DNA of 64,000 bases from Eledone cirrhosa (GCA_964016885.1 CAXHJY010001069.1:16801-80800), one strand, 5' to 3'. Shown: positions 13,701-29,644, counted from the first letter of the stretch. Notes: generated by a model not told the origin, from the sequence alone. Made by a program: numbers and translations.

Positions 13701-16700
13701 GTTGTCATATATCTCACACCTCTCTTGGTCTTATTACCAACTATCTTGTCATATATCTCACACCTATCTTGGTCTTATTACCAACTATCTTGTTGCCATA
13801 TATCTCACACCTCTCTTGGTCTTATTACCAACTATCTTGTCATATATGTCACACCTCTCTTGGTCTTATTACCAACTATCTTGCTGTCATATATCTCACA
13901 CCTCTCTTGGTCTTATTACCAACTATCTTGTCATATATCTCACACCTCTCTTGGTCTTTTTACCAACTAACTTGCTGTCATATATCTCACACCTATCTTG
14001 GTCTTATTACCAACTATCTTGTCATATATCTCACACCTCTCTTGGTCTTATTACCAACTATCTTGTCATATATCTCACACCTCTCTTGTTCTTATTACCA
14101 ACTATCTTGTCATATATCTCACACCTCTCTTGGTCTTATTACCAACTATCTTGCTGTCATATATCTCACACCTATCTTGGTCTTATTACCAACTATCTTG
14201 CTGTCATATATCTCACACCTCTCTTGGTCTTATTACCAACTATCTTGCTGTCATATATCTCACACCTATCTTGGTCTTATTACCAACTATCTTGCTGTCA
14301 TATATCTCACACCTCTCTTGGTCTTATTACCAACTATCTTGTCATATATCTCACACATCTCTTGGTCTTATTACCAACTATCTTGTCACATATCTCACAC
14401 ATCTCTTGGTCTTATTACCAACTATCTTGTCATATATCTCACACCTCTCTTAGTCTTATTACCAACTATCTTGTTGTCATATATCTCACACCTATCTTGG
14501 TCTTATTACCAACTATCTTGCTGTCATATATCTCACACCTCTCTTGGTCTTATTACCAACTATCTTGTCATATATCTCACACCTATCTTGGTCTTATTAG
14601 CAACTATCTTGCTGTCATATATCTCACACCGCTCTTGGTCTTATTACCAACTATCTTGTCATACATCTCACACCTCTCTTGGTCTTATTACCAACTATCT
14701 TGCTGTCATATATCTCACACCTCTCTTGGTCTTATTACCAACTATCTTGCTGTCATATATCTCACACCTATCTTGGTCTTATTACCAACTATCTTGCTGT
14801 CATATATCTCACACCTCTCTTGGTCTTATTACCAACTATCTTGTCATATATCTCACACCTCTCTTGGTCTTATTACCAACTATCTTGTTGTCATATATCT
14901 CACACCTCTCTTGGTCTTATTACCAACTATCTTGTCATATATCTCACACCTCTCTTGGTCTTATTACCAACTATCTTGCTGTCATATATCTCACACCTAT
15001 CTTGGTCTTATTACCAACTATCTTGTTGTCATATATCTCACACCTCTCTTGGTCTTATTACCAACTATTTTGTCATATATCTCACACCTCTCTTGGTCTT
15101 ATTACCAACTATCTTGCTGTCATATATCTCACACCTCTCTTGGTCTTATTACCAACTATCTTGTCATATATCTCACACCTCTCTTGGTCTTATTACCAAC
15201 TATCTTGTTGTCATATATCTCACACCTCTCTTGGTCTTATTACCAACTATCTTGCTGTCATATATCTCACACCTATCTTGGTCTAATTACCAACTATCTT
15301 GTTGTCATATATCTCACACCTATCTTGGTCTTATTACCAACTATCTTGCTGTCATATATCTCCCACCTCTCTTGGTCTTATTACCAACTCTCTTGTCGTC
15401 ATATATCTCACACCTATCTTGGTCTTATTACCAACTATCTTGCTGTCATATATCTCTCACCTCTCTAGGTCTAATTACCAACTATCTTGCTGTCATATAT
15501 CTCACACCTATCTTGGTCTTATTACCAACTATCTTGCTGTCATATATCTCACACCTATCTTGGTCTTATTACCAACTATCTTGCTGTCATATATCTCACA
15601 CCTCTCTTGGTCTTATTACCAACTATCTTGTTGTCATATATCTCACACCTATCTTGGTCTTATTACCAACTATCTTGTTGTCATATATCTCACACCTATC
15701 TTGGTCTAATTACCAACTATCTTGTTGTCATATATCTCACACCTATCTTGGTCTTATTACCAACTATCTTGTTGTCATATATCTCACACCTATCTTGGTC
15801 TAATTACCAACTATCTTGTTGTCATATATCTCACACCTATCTTGGTCTTATTACCAACTATCTTGCTGTCATATATCACACACCTCTCTTGGTCTTATTA
15901 CCAACTATCTTGCTGTCATATATCTCACACCTCTCTTGGTCTTATTACCAACTATCTTGTTGTCATATATCTCACACCTATCTTGGTCTTATTACCAACT
16001 ATCTTGTTGTCATATATCTCACACCTATCTTGGTCTAATTACCAACTATCTTGTTGTCATATATCTCACACCTATCTTGGTCTTATTACCAACTATCTTG
16101 CTGTCATATATCTCACACCTCTCTTGGTCTTATTACCAACTATCTTGTTGTCATATATCTCACACCTATCTTGGTCTTTTTACCAACTATCTTGCTGTCA
16201 TATATCTCACACCTATCTTGGTCTTATTACCAACTATCTTGTTGTCATATATCTCACACCTATCTTGGTCTTATTACCAACTATCTTGTTGTCATATATC
16301 TCACACCTATCTTGGTCTTATTACCAACTATCTTGTTGTCATATATCTCACACCTATCTTGGTCTAATTACCAACTATCTTGTTGTCATATATCTCACAC
16401 CTATCTTGGTCTTATTACCAACTATCTTGTTGTTATATATCTCACACCTATCTTGGTCTTATTACCAACTATCTTGTCATATATCTCACACATCTCTTGG
16501 TCTTATTACCAACTATCTTGTCATATATCTCACACCTCTCTTGGTCTTATTACCAACTATCCTGTTGTCATATATCTCACACCTATCTTGGTCTTATTAC
16601 CAACTATCTTGCTGTCATATATCTCACACCTCTCTTGGTCTTATTACCAACTATCTTGTCATATATCTCACACCTCTCTTGGTCTAGTTACCAACTATCT

Positions 16701-19700
16701 TGCTGTCATATATCTCACACCTCTCTTGGTCTTATTACCAACTATCTTTTTGTCATATATCTCACACCTATCTTGGTCTTATTACCAACTATCTTGCTGT
16801 CATATATCTCACACCTCTCTTGGTCTTATTACCAACTATCTTGTCATATATCTCACACCTCTCTTGGTCTTATTACCAACTATCTTGTTGTCATATATCT
16901 CACACCTATCTTGGTCTTATTACCAACTATCTTGCTGTCATATATCTCACACCTCTCTTGGTCTTATTACCAACTATCTTGTCATATATCTCACACCTCT
17001 CTTGGTCTTATTACCAACTATCTTGTCATATATCTCACACCTCTCTTGGTCTTATTACCAACTATCTTGTTGTCATATATCTCACACCTCTCTTGGTCTT
17101 ATTACCAACTATCTTGTTGTCATATATTTCACACCTCTCTTGGTCTTATTACCAACTATCTTGTCATATATCTCACACCTCTCTTGGTCTTATTACCAAC
17201 TATCTTGTCATATATCTCACACCTCTCTTGGTCTTATTACCAACTATCTTGCTGTCATATATCTCACACCTATCTTGGTCTTATTACCAACTATCTTGTT
17301 GTCATATATCTCACACCTCTCTTGGTCTTATTACCAACTATTTTGTCATATATCTCACACCTCTCTTGGTCTTATTACCAACTATCTTGTTGTCATATAT
17401 CTCACACCTCTCTTGGTCTTATTACCAACTATTTTGTCATATATCTCACACCTCTCTTGGTCTTATTACCAACTATCTTGCTGTCATATATCTCACACCT
17501 CTCTTGGTCTTATTACCAACTATCTTGTCATATATCTCACACCTATCTTGGTCTTATTACCAACTATCTTGTTGTCATATATCTCACACCTCTCTTGGTC
17601 TTATTACCAACTTTCTTGTCATATATCTCACACCTCTCTTGGTTTTATTACCAACTATCTTGTCATATATCTCACACCTCTCTTGGTCTTATTACCAACT
17701 ATCTTGTCATATATCTCACACCTCTCTTGGTCTTATTACCAAATATCTTGTCATATATCTCACACCTCTCTTGGTCTTATTACCAACTATCTTGCTGTCA
17801 TATATCTCACACCTATCTTGGTCTTATTACCAACTATCTTGTCATATATCTCACACATCTCTTGGTCTTATTACCAACTATCTTCTCACATATCTCACAC
17901 ATCTCTTGGTCTTATTACCAACTATCTTGTCATATATCTCACACCTCTCTTGGTCTTATTACCAACTATCTTGTTGTCATATATCTCACACCTATCTTGG
18001 TCTTATTACCAACTATCTTGCTGTCATATATCTCACACCTCTCTTGGTCTTATTACCAACTATCTTGTCATATATCTCACACCTATCTTGGTCTTATTAC
18101 CAACTATCTTGCTGTCATATATCTCACACCGCTCTTGGTCTTATTACCAACTATCTTGTCATACTTCTCACACCTCTCTTGGTCTTATTACCAACTATCT
18201 TGCTGTCATATATCTCACACCTCTCTTGGTCTTATTACCAACTATCTTGCTGTCATATATCTCACACCTATCTTGGTCTTATTACCAACTATCTTGCTGT
18301 CATATATCTCACACCTCTCTTGGTCTTATTACCAACTATCTTGTCATATATCTCACACCTCTCTTGGTCTTATTACCAACTATCTTGTTGTCATATATCT
18401 CACACCTCTCTTGGTCTTATTACCAACTATCTTGTCATATATCTCACACCTCTCTTGGTCTTATTACCAACTATCTTGCTGTCATATATCTCACACCTAT
18501 CTTGGTCTTATTACCAACTATCTTGTTGTCATATATCTCACACCTCTCTTGGTCTTATTACCAACTATTTTGTCATATATCTCACACCTCTCTTGGTCTT
18601 ATTACCAACTATCTTGCTGTCATATATCTCACACCTCTCTTGGTCTTATTACCAACTATCTTGTCATATATCTCACACCTCTCTTGGTCTTATTACCAAC
18701 TATCTTGTTGTCATATATCTCACACCTCTCTTGGTCTTATTACCAACTATCTTGTCATATATCTCACACCTCTCTTGGTCTTATAACCAACTATCTTGCT
18801 GTCATATATCTCACACCTATCTTGGTCTTATTACCAACTATCTTGTTGTCATATATCTCACACCTCTCTTGGTCTTATTACCAACTATCTTGTCATATAT
18901 CTCACACCTCTCTTGGTCTTATTACCAACTATCTTGTCATATATCTCACACCTCTCTTGGTCTTATTACCAACTATCTTGTCATATATCTCACACCTCTC
19001 TTGGTCTTATTACCAAATATCTTGTCATATATCTCACACCTCTCTTGGTCTTATTACCAACTATCTTGCTGTCATATATCTCACACCTCTCTTGGTCTTA
19101 TTACCAACTATCTTGTCATATATCTCACACCTCTCTTGGTCTTTTTACCAACTATCTTGTCATATATCTCACACCTCTCTTGGTCTTATTACCAACTATC
19201 TTGCTGTCATATATCTCACACCTATCTTGGTCTTATTACCAACTATCTTGCTGTCATATATCTCACACCTCTTTTGGTCTTATTACCAACTATCTTGCTG
19301 TCATATATCTCACACCTATCTTGGTCTTATTACCAACTATCTTGCTGTCATATATATCACACCTCTCTTGGTCTTATTACCAACTATCTTGCTGTCATAT
19401 ATCTCACACCTATCTTGGTCTAATTACCAACTATCTTGTTGTCATATATCTCACACCTATCTTGGTCTTATTACCAACTATCTTGCTGTCATATATCTCC
19501 CACCTCTCTTGGTCTTATTACCAACTCTCTTGTTGTCATATATCTCACACCTATCTTGGTCTTATTACCAACTATCTTGCTGTCATATATCTCTCACCTC
19601 TCTAGGTCTAATTACCAACTATCTTGCTGTCATGTATCTCACACCTATCTTGGTCTTATTACCAACTATCTTGCTGTCATATATCTCACACCTATCTTGG

Positions 19701-22700
19701 TCTTATTACCAACTATCTTGCTGTCATATATCTCACACCTATCTTGGTCTTATTACCAACTATCTTGCTGTCATATATCTCACACCTCTCTTGGTCTTAT
19801 TACCAACTATCTTGTTGTCATATATCTCACACCTATCTTGGTCTTATTACCAACTATCTTGTTGTCATATATCTCACACCTATCTTGGTCTAATTACCAA
19901 CTATCTTGTTGTCATATATCTCACACCTATCTTGGTCTTATTACCAACTATCTTGTTGTCATATATCTCACACCTATCTTGGTCTTATTACCAACTATCT
20001 TGTCATATATCTCACACATCTCTTGGTCTTATTACCAACTATCTTGTCATATATCTCACACCTCTCTTGGTCTTATTACCAACTATCTTGTTGTCATATA
20101 TCTCACACCTATCTTGGTCTTATTACCAACTATCTTGCTGTCATATATCTCACACCTCTCTTGGTCTTATTACCAACTATCTTGTCATATATCTCACACC
20201 TCTTTTGGTCTAGTTACCAACTATCTTGCTGTCATATATCTCACACCTCTCTTGGTCTTATTACCAACTATCTTGTTGTCATATATCTCACACCTATCTT
20301 GGTCTTATTACCAACTATCTTGCTGTCATATATCTCACACCTCTCTTGGTCTTATTACCAACTATCTTGTCATATATCTCACACCTCTCTTGGTCTTATT
20401 ACCAACTATCTTGTTGTCATATATCTCACACCTATCTTGGTCTTATTACCAACTATCTTGCTGTCATATATCTCACACCTCTCTTGGTCTTATTACCAAC
20501 TATCTTGTCATATATCTCACACCTCTCTTGGTCTTATTACCAACTATCTTGTCATATATCTCACACCTCTCTTGGTCTTATTACCAACTATCTTGTTGTC
20601 ATATATCTCACACCTATCTTGGTCTTATTACCAACTATCTTGCTGTCATATATCTCACACCTCTCTTGGTCTTATTACCAACTATTTTGTCATATATCTC
20701 ACACCTCTCTTGATCTTATTACCAACTATCTTGCTGTCATATATCTCACACCTCTCTTGGTCTTATTACCAACTATCTTGCTGTCATATATCTCACACCT
20801 ATCTTGGTCTTATTACCAACTATCTTGCTGTCATATATCTCACACCTCTCTTGGTCTTATTACCAACTATCTTGTCACATATCTCACACCTCTCTTGGTC
20901 TTATTACCAACTATCTTGTTGTCATATATCTCACACCTCTCTTGGTCTTATTACCAACTATCTTGTTGTCATATATTTCACACCTCTCTTGGTCTTATTA
21001 CCAAATATCTTGTCATATATCTCACACCTCTCTTGGTCTTATTACCAACTATCTTGTCATATATCTCACACCTCTCTTGGTCTTATTACCAACTATCTTG
21101 CTGTCACATATCTCACACCTATCTTGGTCTTATTACCAACTATCTTGTTGTCATATATCTCACACCTCTCTTGGTCTTATTACCAACTATCTTGCTGTCA
21201 TATATCTCACACCTCTCTTGGTCTTATTACCAACTATCTTGCTGTCATATATCTCACACCTCTCTTGGTCTTATTACCAACTATCTTGTCATATATCTCA
21301 CACCTATCTTAGTCTTATTACCAACTATCTTGTTGTCATATATCTCACACCTCTCTTGGTCTTATTACCAACTTTCTTGTCATATATCTCACACCTCTCT
21401 TGGTCTTATTACCAACTATCTTGTCATATATCTCACACCTCTCTTGGTCTTATTACCAACTATCTTGTCATATATCTCACACCTCTCTTGGTCTTATTAC
21501 CAAATATCTTGTCATATATCTCACACCTCTCTTGGTCTTATTACCAACTATCTTGCTGTCATATATCTCACACCTATCTTGGTCTTATTACCAACTATCT
21601 TGTCATATATCTCACACCTCTCTTGGTCTTATTACCAACTATCTTGTCATATATCTCACACCTCTCTTGATCTTTTTACCAACTATCTTGTCATATATCT
21701 CACACCTCTCTTGGTCTTATTACCAACTATCTTGCTGTCATATATCTCACACCTATCTTGGTCTTATTACCAACTATCTTGCTGTCATATATCTCGCCCC
21801 TCTCTTGGTCTTATTTCCAACTATCTTGTCATATATCTCACACCTCTCTTGATCTTTTTACCAACTATCTTGTCATATATCTCACACCTATCTTGGTCTT
21901 ATTACCAACTATCTTGCTGTCATATATCTCACACCTATCTTGGTCTTATTACCAACTATCTTGCTGTCATATATCTCACACCTCTCTTGGTCTTATTACC
22001 AACTATCTTGCTGTCATATATCTCACACCTATCTTGGTCTTATTACCAACTATCTTGTTGTCATATATCTCACACCTATCTTTGTCTTATTACCAACTAT
22101 CTTGCTGTCATATATCTCCCACCTCTCTTGGTCTTATTACCAACTATCTTGTTGTCATATATCTCACACCTATCTTGGTCTTATTACCAACTATCTTGCT
22201 GTCATATATCTCTCACCTCTCTGGGTCTAATTACCAACTATCTTGCTGTCATATATCTCACACCTATCTTGGTCTTATTACCAACTATCTTGCTGTCATA
22301 TATCTCACACCTATCTTGGTCTTATTACCAACTATCTTGCTGTCATATATCTCACACCTATCTTGGTCTTATTACCAACTATCTTGTTGTCATATATCTC
22401 ACACCTCTCTTGGTCTTATTACCAACTATCTTGTTGTCATATATCTCACACCTATCTTGGTCTTATTACCAACTATCTTGTTGTCATATATCTCACACCT
22501 ATCTTGGTCTTATTACCAACTATCTTGCTGTCATATATCTCACACCTATCTTGGTCTTATTACCAACTATCTTGTTGTCATATATCTCACACCTCTCTTG
22601 GTCTTATTACCAACTATCTTGTTGTCATATATCTCACACCTCTCTTGGTCTTATTACCAACTATCTTGTCATATATCTCACACCTCTCTTGGTCTTATTA

Positions 22701-25700
22701 CCAACTATCTTGTCATATATCTCACACCTCTCTTGATCTTATTACCAACTATTTTCTCATATGTCTCACACCTATCTTGGTCTTATTACCAACTATCTTG
22801 TTGTCATATATCTCACACCTATCTTGGTCTTATTACCAACTATCTTGTTGTCATATATCTCACACCTCTCTTGGTCTTATTACTAACTATCTTGTTGTCA
22901 TATATCTCACACCTATCTTGGTCATATATCTCACACCTATCTTGGTCTTATTACCAACTATCTTGTCATATATCTCACACCTCTCTTGGTCTTATTACCA
23001 ACTATCTTGTCATATATCTCACACCTCTCTTGATCTTATTACCAACTATCTTGTCATATATCTCACACCTCTCTTGATCTTATTACCAACTATCTTGTCA
23101 TATATCTCACACCTATCTTGGTCTTATTACCAACTATCTTGTTGTCATATATCTCACACCTATCTTGGTCTTATTACCAACTATCTTGCTGTCATATATT
23201 TCACACCTCCCTTGGTCTTATTACCAACTATCTTGTTGTCATATATCTCACACCTCTCTTGGTCTTATTACTAACTATCTTGTTGTCACATATCTCACAC
23301 CTATCTTGGTCATATATCTCACACCTATCTTGGTCTTATTACCAACTATCTTGTCATATATCTCACACCTCTCTTGGTCTTATTACCAACTATCTTGTTG
23401 TCATATATCTCACACCTATCTTGGTCTTATTACCAACTATCTTGTCATATATCTCACACCTCTCTTGGTCTTATTACCAACTATCTTGTCATATATCTCA
23501 CACCTCTCTTGGTCTTATTACCAACTATCTTGTTGTCATATATCTCACACCTATCTTGGTCTTATTACCAACTATCTTGTCATATATCTCACACCTCTCT
23601 TGGTCTTATTACCAACTATCTTGTCATATATCTCACACCTCTCTTGGTCTTATTACCAACTATCTTGTTGTCATATATCTCACACCTATCTTGGTCTTAT
23701 TACCAACTATCTTGTCATATATCTCACACCTCTCTTGGTCTTATTACCAACTATCTTGTCATATATCTCACAACTCTCTTGGTCTTATTACCAACTATCT
23801 TGTTGTCATATATCTCACGCATATCTTGGTCTTATTACCAACTATCTTGCTGTCATATATCTCACACCTCTCTTGGTCTTATTACCAACTATCTTGTTGT
23901 CATATATCTCACACCTCTCTTGGTCTTATTACCAACTATCTTGCTGTCATATATCTCACACCTCTCTTGGTCTTATTACCAACTATCTTGCTGTCATATA
24001 TCTCAAACCTATCTTGGTCTTATTACCAACTATCTTGCTGTCATATATCTCACACCTCTCTTGGTCTTATTACCAACTATCTTGTCATATATCTCACACC
24101 TCTCTTGGTCTTATTACCAACTATCTTGTTGTCATATATCTCACACCTATCTTGGTCTTATTACCAACTATCTTGCTGTCATATATCTCACACCTCTCTT
24201 GGTCTTATTACCAACTATCTTGTCATATATCTCACACATCTCTTGGTCTTATTACCAACTATCTTGTCATATATCTCACACCTCTCTTGGTCTTATTACC
24301 AACTATCTTGTTGTCATATATCTCACACCTATCTTGGTCTTATTACCAACTATCTTGCTGTCATATATCTCACACCTCTCTTGGTCTTATTACCAACTAT
24401 CTTGTCATATATCTCACACCTCTCTTGGTCTTATTACCAACTATCTTGTTGTCATATATCTCACACCTCTCTTGGTCTTATTACCAACTATCTTGTTGTC
24501 ATATATCTCACACCTCTCTTGGTCTTATTACCAACTATCTTGCTGTCATATATCTCACACCTCTCTTGGTCTTATTACCAACTATCTTGTTGTCATATAT
24601 CTCACACCTCTCTTGGTCTTATTACCAACTATCTTGCTGTCATATATCTCACACCTCTCTTGGTCTTATTACCAACTATCTTGTTGTCATATATCTCACA
24701 CCTCTCTTGGTCTTATTACCAACTATCTTGTTGTCATATATCTCACACCTCTCTTGGTTTTATTACCAACTATCTTGTCATATATCTCACACCTCTCTTG
24801 ATCTTATTACCAACTATCTTGTCATATATCTCACACATATCTTGGTCTTATTACCAACTATCTTGTTGTCATATATCTCACACCTCTCTTGGTCTTATTA
24901 CCAACTATCTTGTTGTCATATATCTCACACCTCTCTTGGTCTTATTACCAACTATCTTGTCATATATCTCACACCTCTCTTGATCTTATTACCAACTATC
25001 TTGTCATATATCTCACACCTATCTTGGTCTTATTACCAACTATCTTGTTGTCATATATCTCACACCTATCTTGGTCTTATTACCAACTATCTTGTTGTCA
25101 TATATCTCACACCTCTCTTGGTCTTATTACTAACTATCTTGTTGTCATATATCTCACACCTATCTTGGTCATATATCTCACACCTATCTTGGTCTTATTA
25201 CCAACTATCTTATCATATAACTCACACCTATCTTGGTCTTATTACCAACTATCTTGTTGTCATATATCTCACACCTATCTTGGTCTTATTACCAACTATC
25301 TTGCTGTCATATATCTCACACCTCCCTTGGTTTTATTACCAACTATCTTGTTGTCATATATCTCACACCTCTCTTGGTCTTATTACTAACTATCTTGTTG
25401 TCATATATCTCACACCTATCTTGGTCTTATTACCAACTATCTTGTCATATATCTCACACCTCTCTTGGTCTTATTACCAACTATCTTGTTGTCATATATC
25501 TCACACCTCTTGGTCTTATTACCAACTATCTTGTTGTCATATATCTCACACCTATCTTGGTCTTATTACCAACTATCTTGCTGTCATATATCTCACACCT
25601 CTCTTGGTCTTATTACCAACTATCTTGCTGTCATATATCTCACACCTCTCTTGGTCTTATTACTAACTATCTTGCTGTCATATATCTCACACCTATCTTG

Positions 25701-28477
25701 GTCTTATTACCAAATATCTTGTTGTCATATATCTCACACCTATCCTGGTCTTATTACCAACTATCTTGTCATATATCTCACACCTCTCTTGGTCTTATTA
25801 CCAACTATCTTGTCATATATCTCACACCTCTCTTGGTCTTATTACCAACTATCTTGCTGTCATATATCTCACACCTCTCTTGGTCTTATTACCAACTATC
25901 TTGCTGTCATATATCTCACACCTCTCTTGGTCTTATTACCAACTATCTTGCTGTCATATATCTCACACCTATCTTGATCTTATTACCAACTATCTTGCTG
26001 TCATATATCTCACACCTCTCTTGGTCTTATTACCAACTATCTTGCTGTCATATATCTCACACCTCTCTTGGTCTTATTACCAACTATCTTGCTGTCATAT
26101 ATCTCACACCTCTCTTGGTCTTATTACCAACTATCTTGCTGTCATATATCTCACACCTATCTTGGTCTTATTACCAACTATCTTGCTGTCATATATCTCA
26201 CACCTATCTTGGTCTCATTACCAACTATCTTGCTGTCATATATCTCACACCTATCTTGGTCTTATTACCAACTATCTTGCTGTCATATATCTCACAGCTA
26301 TCTTGGTCTTATTACCAACTATCTTGCTGTCATATATCTCACACCTATCTTGGTCTCATTACCAACTATCTTGCTGTCATATATCTCACACCTATCTTGG
26401 TCTTATTACCAACTATCTTGCTGTCATATATCTCACACCTATCTTGGTCTTATTACCAACTATCTTGCTGTCATATATCTCACACCTCTCTTGGTCTTAT
26501 TACCAACTATCTTGCTGTCATATATCTCACAGCTATCTTGGTCTTATTACCAACTATCTTGCTGTCATATATCTCACACCTCTCTTGGTCTTATTACCAA
26601 CTATCTTGTTGTCATATGTCTCACACCTATCTTGGTCTTATTACCAACTATCTTGTCATATATCTCACACCTATCTTGGTCTTATTACCAACTATCTTGC
26701 TATCATATATCTCACACCTATCTTGGTCTTATTACCAACTATCTTGCTGTCATATATCTCACACCTCTCTTGGTCTTATTACCAACTATCTTGTTGTCAT
26801 ATATCTCACACCTATCTTGGTCTTAATACCAACAATCTTGCTGTCATATATCTCACACCTCTCTTGGTCTTTTTACCAACTATCTTGTTGTCATATATCT
26901 CACACCTATCTTGGTCTTATTACCAACTATCTTGTTGTCATATATCTCACACCTATCTTGGTCTTATTACCAACTATCTTGTTGTCATATATCTCACACC
27001 TATCTTGGTCTTATTACCAACAATCTTGCTGTCATATATCTCACACCTCTCTTGGTCTTTTTACCAACTATCTTGTTGTCATATATCTCACACCTATCTT
27101 GGTCTTATTACCAACTATCTTGTTGTCATATATCTCACACCTATCTTGGTCTTATTACCAACTATCTTGTTGTCATATATCTCACACCTATCTTGGTCTT
27201 ATTACCAACTACCTTGCTGTCATATATCTCACACCTATCTTGGTCTTATTACCAACTATCTTGTCATATATCTCACACCTATCTTGGTCTTATTACCAAC
27301 TATCTTGTTGTCATATATCTCACACCTATCTTGGTCTTATTACCAACTATCTTGTTGTCATATATCTCACACCTATCTTGGTCTTATTACCAACTACCTT
27401 GCTGTCATATATCTCACACCTATCTTGGTCTTATTACCAACTATCTTGTTGTCATATATCTCACACCTATCTTGGTCTTATTACCAACTATCTTGTTGTC
27501 ATATATCTCACACCTATCTTGGTCTTATTACCAACTATCTTGTTGTCATATATCTCACACCTCTCTTGGTCTTATTACCAACTATCTTGTTGTCATATAT
27601 CTCACACCTATCTTGGTCTTATTACCAACTATCTTGTTGTCATATATCTCACACCTATCTTGGTCTTATTACCAACTATCTTGTTGTCATATATCTCACA
27701 CCTATCTTGGTCTTATTACCAACTATCTTGTTGTCATATATCTCACACCTCTCTTGGTCTTATTACCAACTATCTTGTCATATGTCTCACACCTCCCTTG
27801 GTCTTATTACCAACTATCTTGTTGTCATATATCTCACACCTATCTTGGTCTTATTACCAACTATCTTGTCATATATCTCACACCTATCTTGGTCTTATTA
27901 CCAACTACCTTGCTGTCATATATCTCACACCTCTCTTGGTCTTATTACCAACTATCTTGTCATATATCTCACACCTCCCTTGGTCTTATTACCAACTATC
28001 TTGTTGTCATATATCTCACACCTCTCTTGGTCTTATTACCAACTATCTTGTCATATATCTCACACCTATCTTGGTCTTATTACCAACTATCTTGTTGTCA
28101 TATATCTCACACCTATCTTGGTCTTATTACCAACTATCTTGCTGTCATATATCTCACACCTCTCTCGGTCTTATTACCAATTATCTTGTCATATATCTCA
28201 CACCTCCCTTGGTCTTATTACCAACTATCTTGTTGTCATATATCTCACACCTCTCTTGGTCTTATTACCAACTATCTTGTCATATATCTCACACCTCCCT
28301 TGGTCTTATTACCAACTATCTTGTTGTCATATATCTCACACCTCTCTTGGTCTTATTACCAACTATCTTGTCATATATCTCACACCTCTCTTGGTCTTAT
28401 TACCAACTATCTTGTCATATATCTCACACCTATCTTGGTCTTATTACCAACTATCTTGTCATATATCTCACACCTCT
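7753..28477. repeat. Satellite DNA, 47-bp and 44-bp monomers (ATCTTG[T/C]TGTCATATATCTCACACCT[A/C]TCTTGGTCTTATTACCAACT), roughly 450 copies
   Basis: Direct reading; the 44-mer lacks one triplet; kb-scale higher-order blocks are visible. Confidence 0.99.
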
Positions 28478-28481
28478 TTAG

Positions 28482-28548
28482 GGGAAAAAGGGGTGGGGTG
28501 TGGCTATATTCCACATTTGAATGGGACTTGTTACCAGATTTGTGGCAG
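28482..28548 (+). CDS. Candidate micro-exon (phase 1 to 2), (G)EKGVGCGYIPHLNGTCYQICG
   Basis: ctctttag acceptor and CAG|gtgccc donor; in frame with 6454-6500; the alternative frame GKRGGVWLYSTFEWDLLPDLWQ is also open. Confidence 0.45.
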
Positions 28549-29038
28549 GTGCCCTAAATTCAACCTCAAGCTTATTGAAAGGGATGATTCGAAATCAAAC
28601 ATCACAGACTGAAAATTATACTATCCTATACTGTACTATACTATACTATACTACACTATACTACACTGTACTATACTACACTATACTATACTAATCTGTT
28701 TCCTTCATTTCTCAAAGATATATCACTAAGCCACTTAACACATTGAAAAAAAAGCAAACAAACAAACAGATAAACAAATAAAGAAAGCCCCCTACCTCCA
28801 CTAAAAGTCGGAAGATGGAGGTATAGGTTTTCATGTAAGATATGACTGCTTCTAATAAATAGTAATGGACAAAACAGAGTAAAGAGGAAAGTTTTGGTTT
28901 ATAGTTTTGTAAGCAGAAGATTACATGATCTTTTGACATGTGTACATATGTATGTGATGTATGAATGTCTGTGGTATATATATATATATATATATATCTA
29001 TATATATATACACTCATATATATATTAATTCATATTTG

Positions 29039-29074
<36 letters not shown>

Positions 29075-29184
29075 AATATATATTAATACAAATATGTGAT
29101 ATACACATATATACATATATATATATAGATATATAAATATGTGTTTATATATATATGTATATATACATATATAAATACAAATGT

Positions 29185-29224
<40 letters not shown>

Positions 29225-29272
29225 GTATATATATATGTATTTGTATGTGTATATATATGTACACACATATAT

Positions 29273-29303
<31 letters not shown>

Positions 29304-29340
29304 AATATTTATACATATTTTTACATATTTGTATATATAC

Positions 29341-29395
<55 letters not shown>

Positions 29396-29644
29396 GCTGT
29401 TTGCCTCTTATCTTGGTAATCTATCAACTGAAACCATTTTCATAAGAGAAAGCTGTAAAAATCTGCTATATTATAACATTACACCATTGCTTTAAACATA
29501 CCACACACATATACATGCACTCACTCTCTCTCTCTCACATACACACACCTACTAGCTGTCTTTAACACACACACATATATATATACGCACACACATATAC
29601 TACCTCTCTAACACGCACAGACACACACACACACACTACCTCTC

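Noticed and set aside
7753-28477. CRISPR-like array
   Set aside because: No unique spacers, contiguous tandem monomers, no cas genes, eukaryotic context.
7710-28612. Very long ORFs (up to 1277 aa) in all three plus frames
   Set aside because: The monomer has no plus-strand stop and its length is not a multiple of 3, so all frames cycle through the same peptide. Stops and frameshifts occur freely, so this is not a gene.
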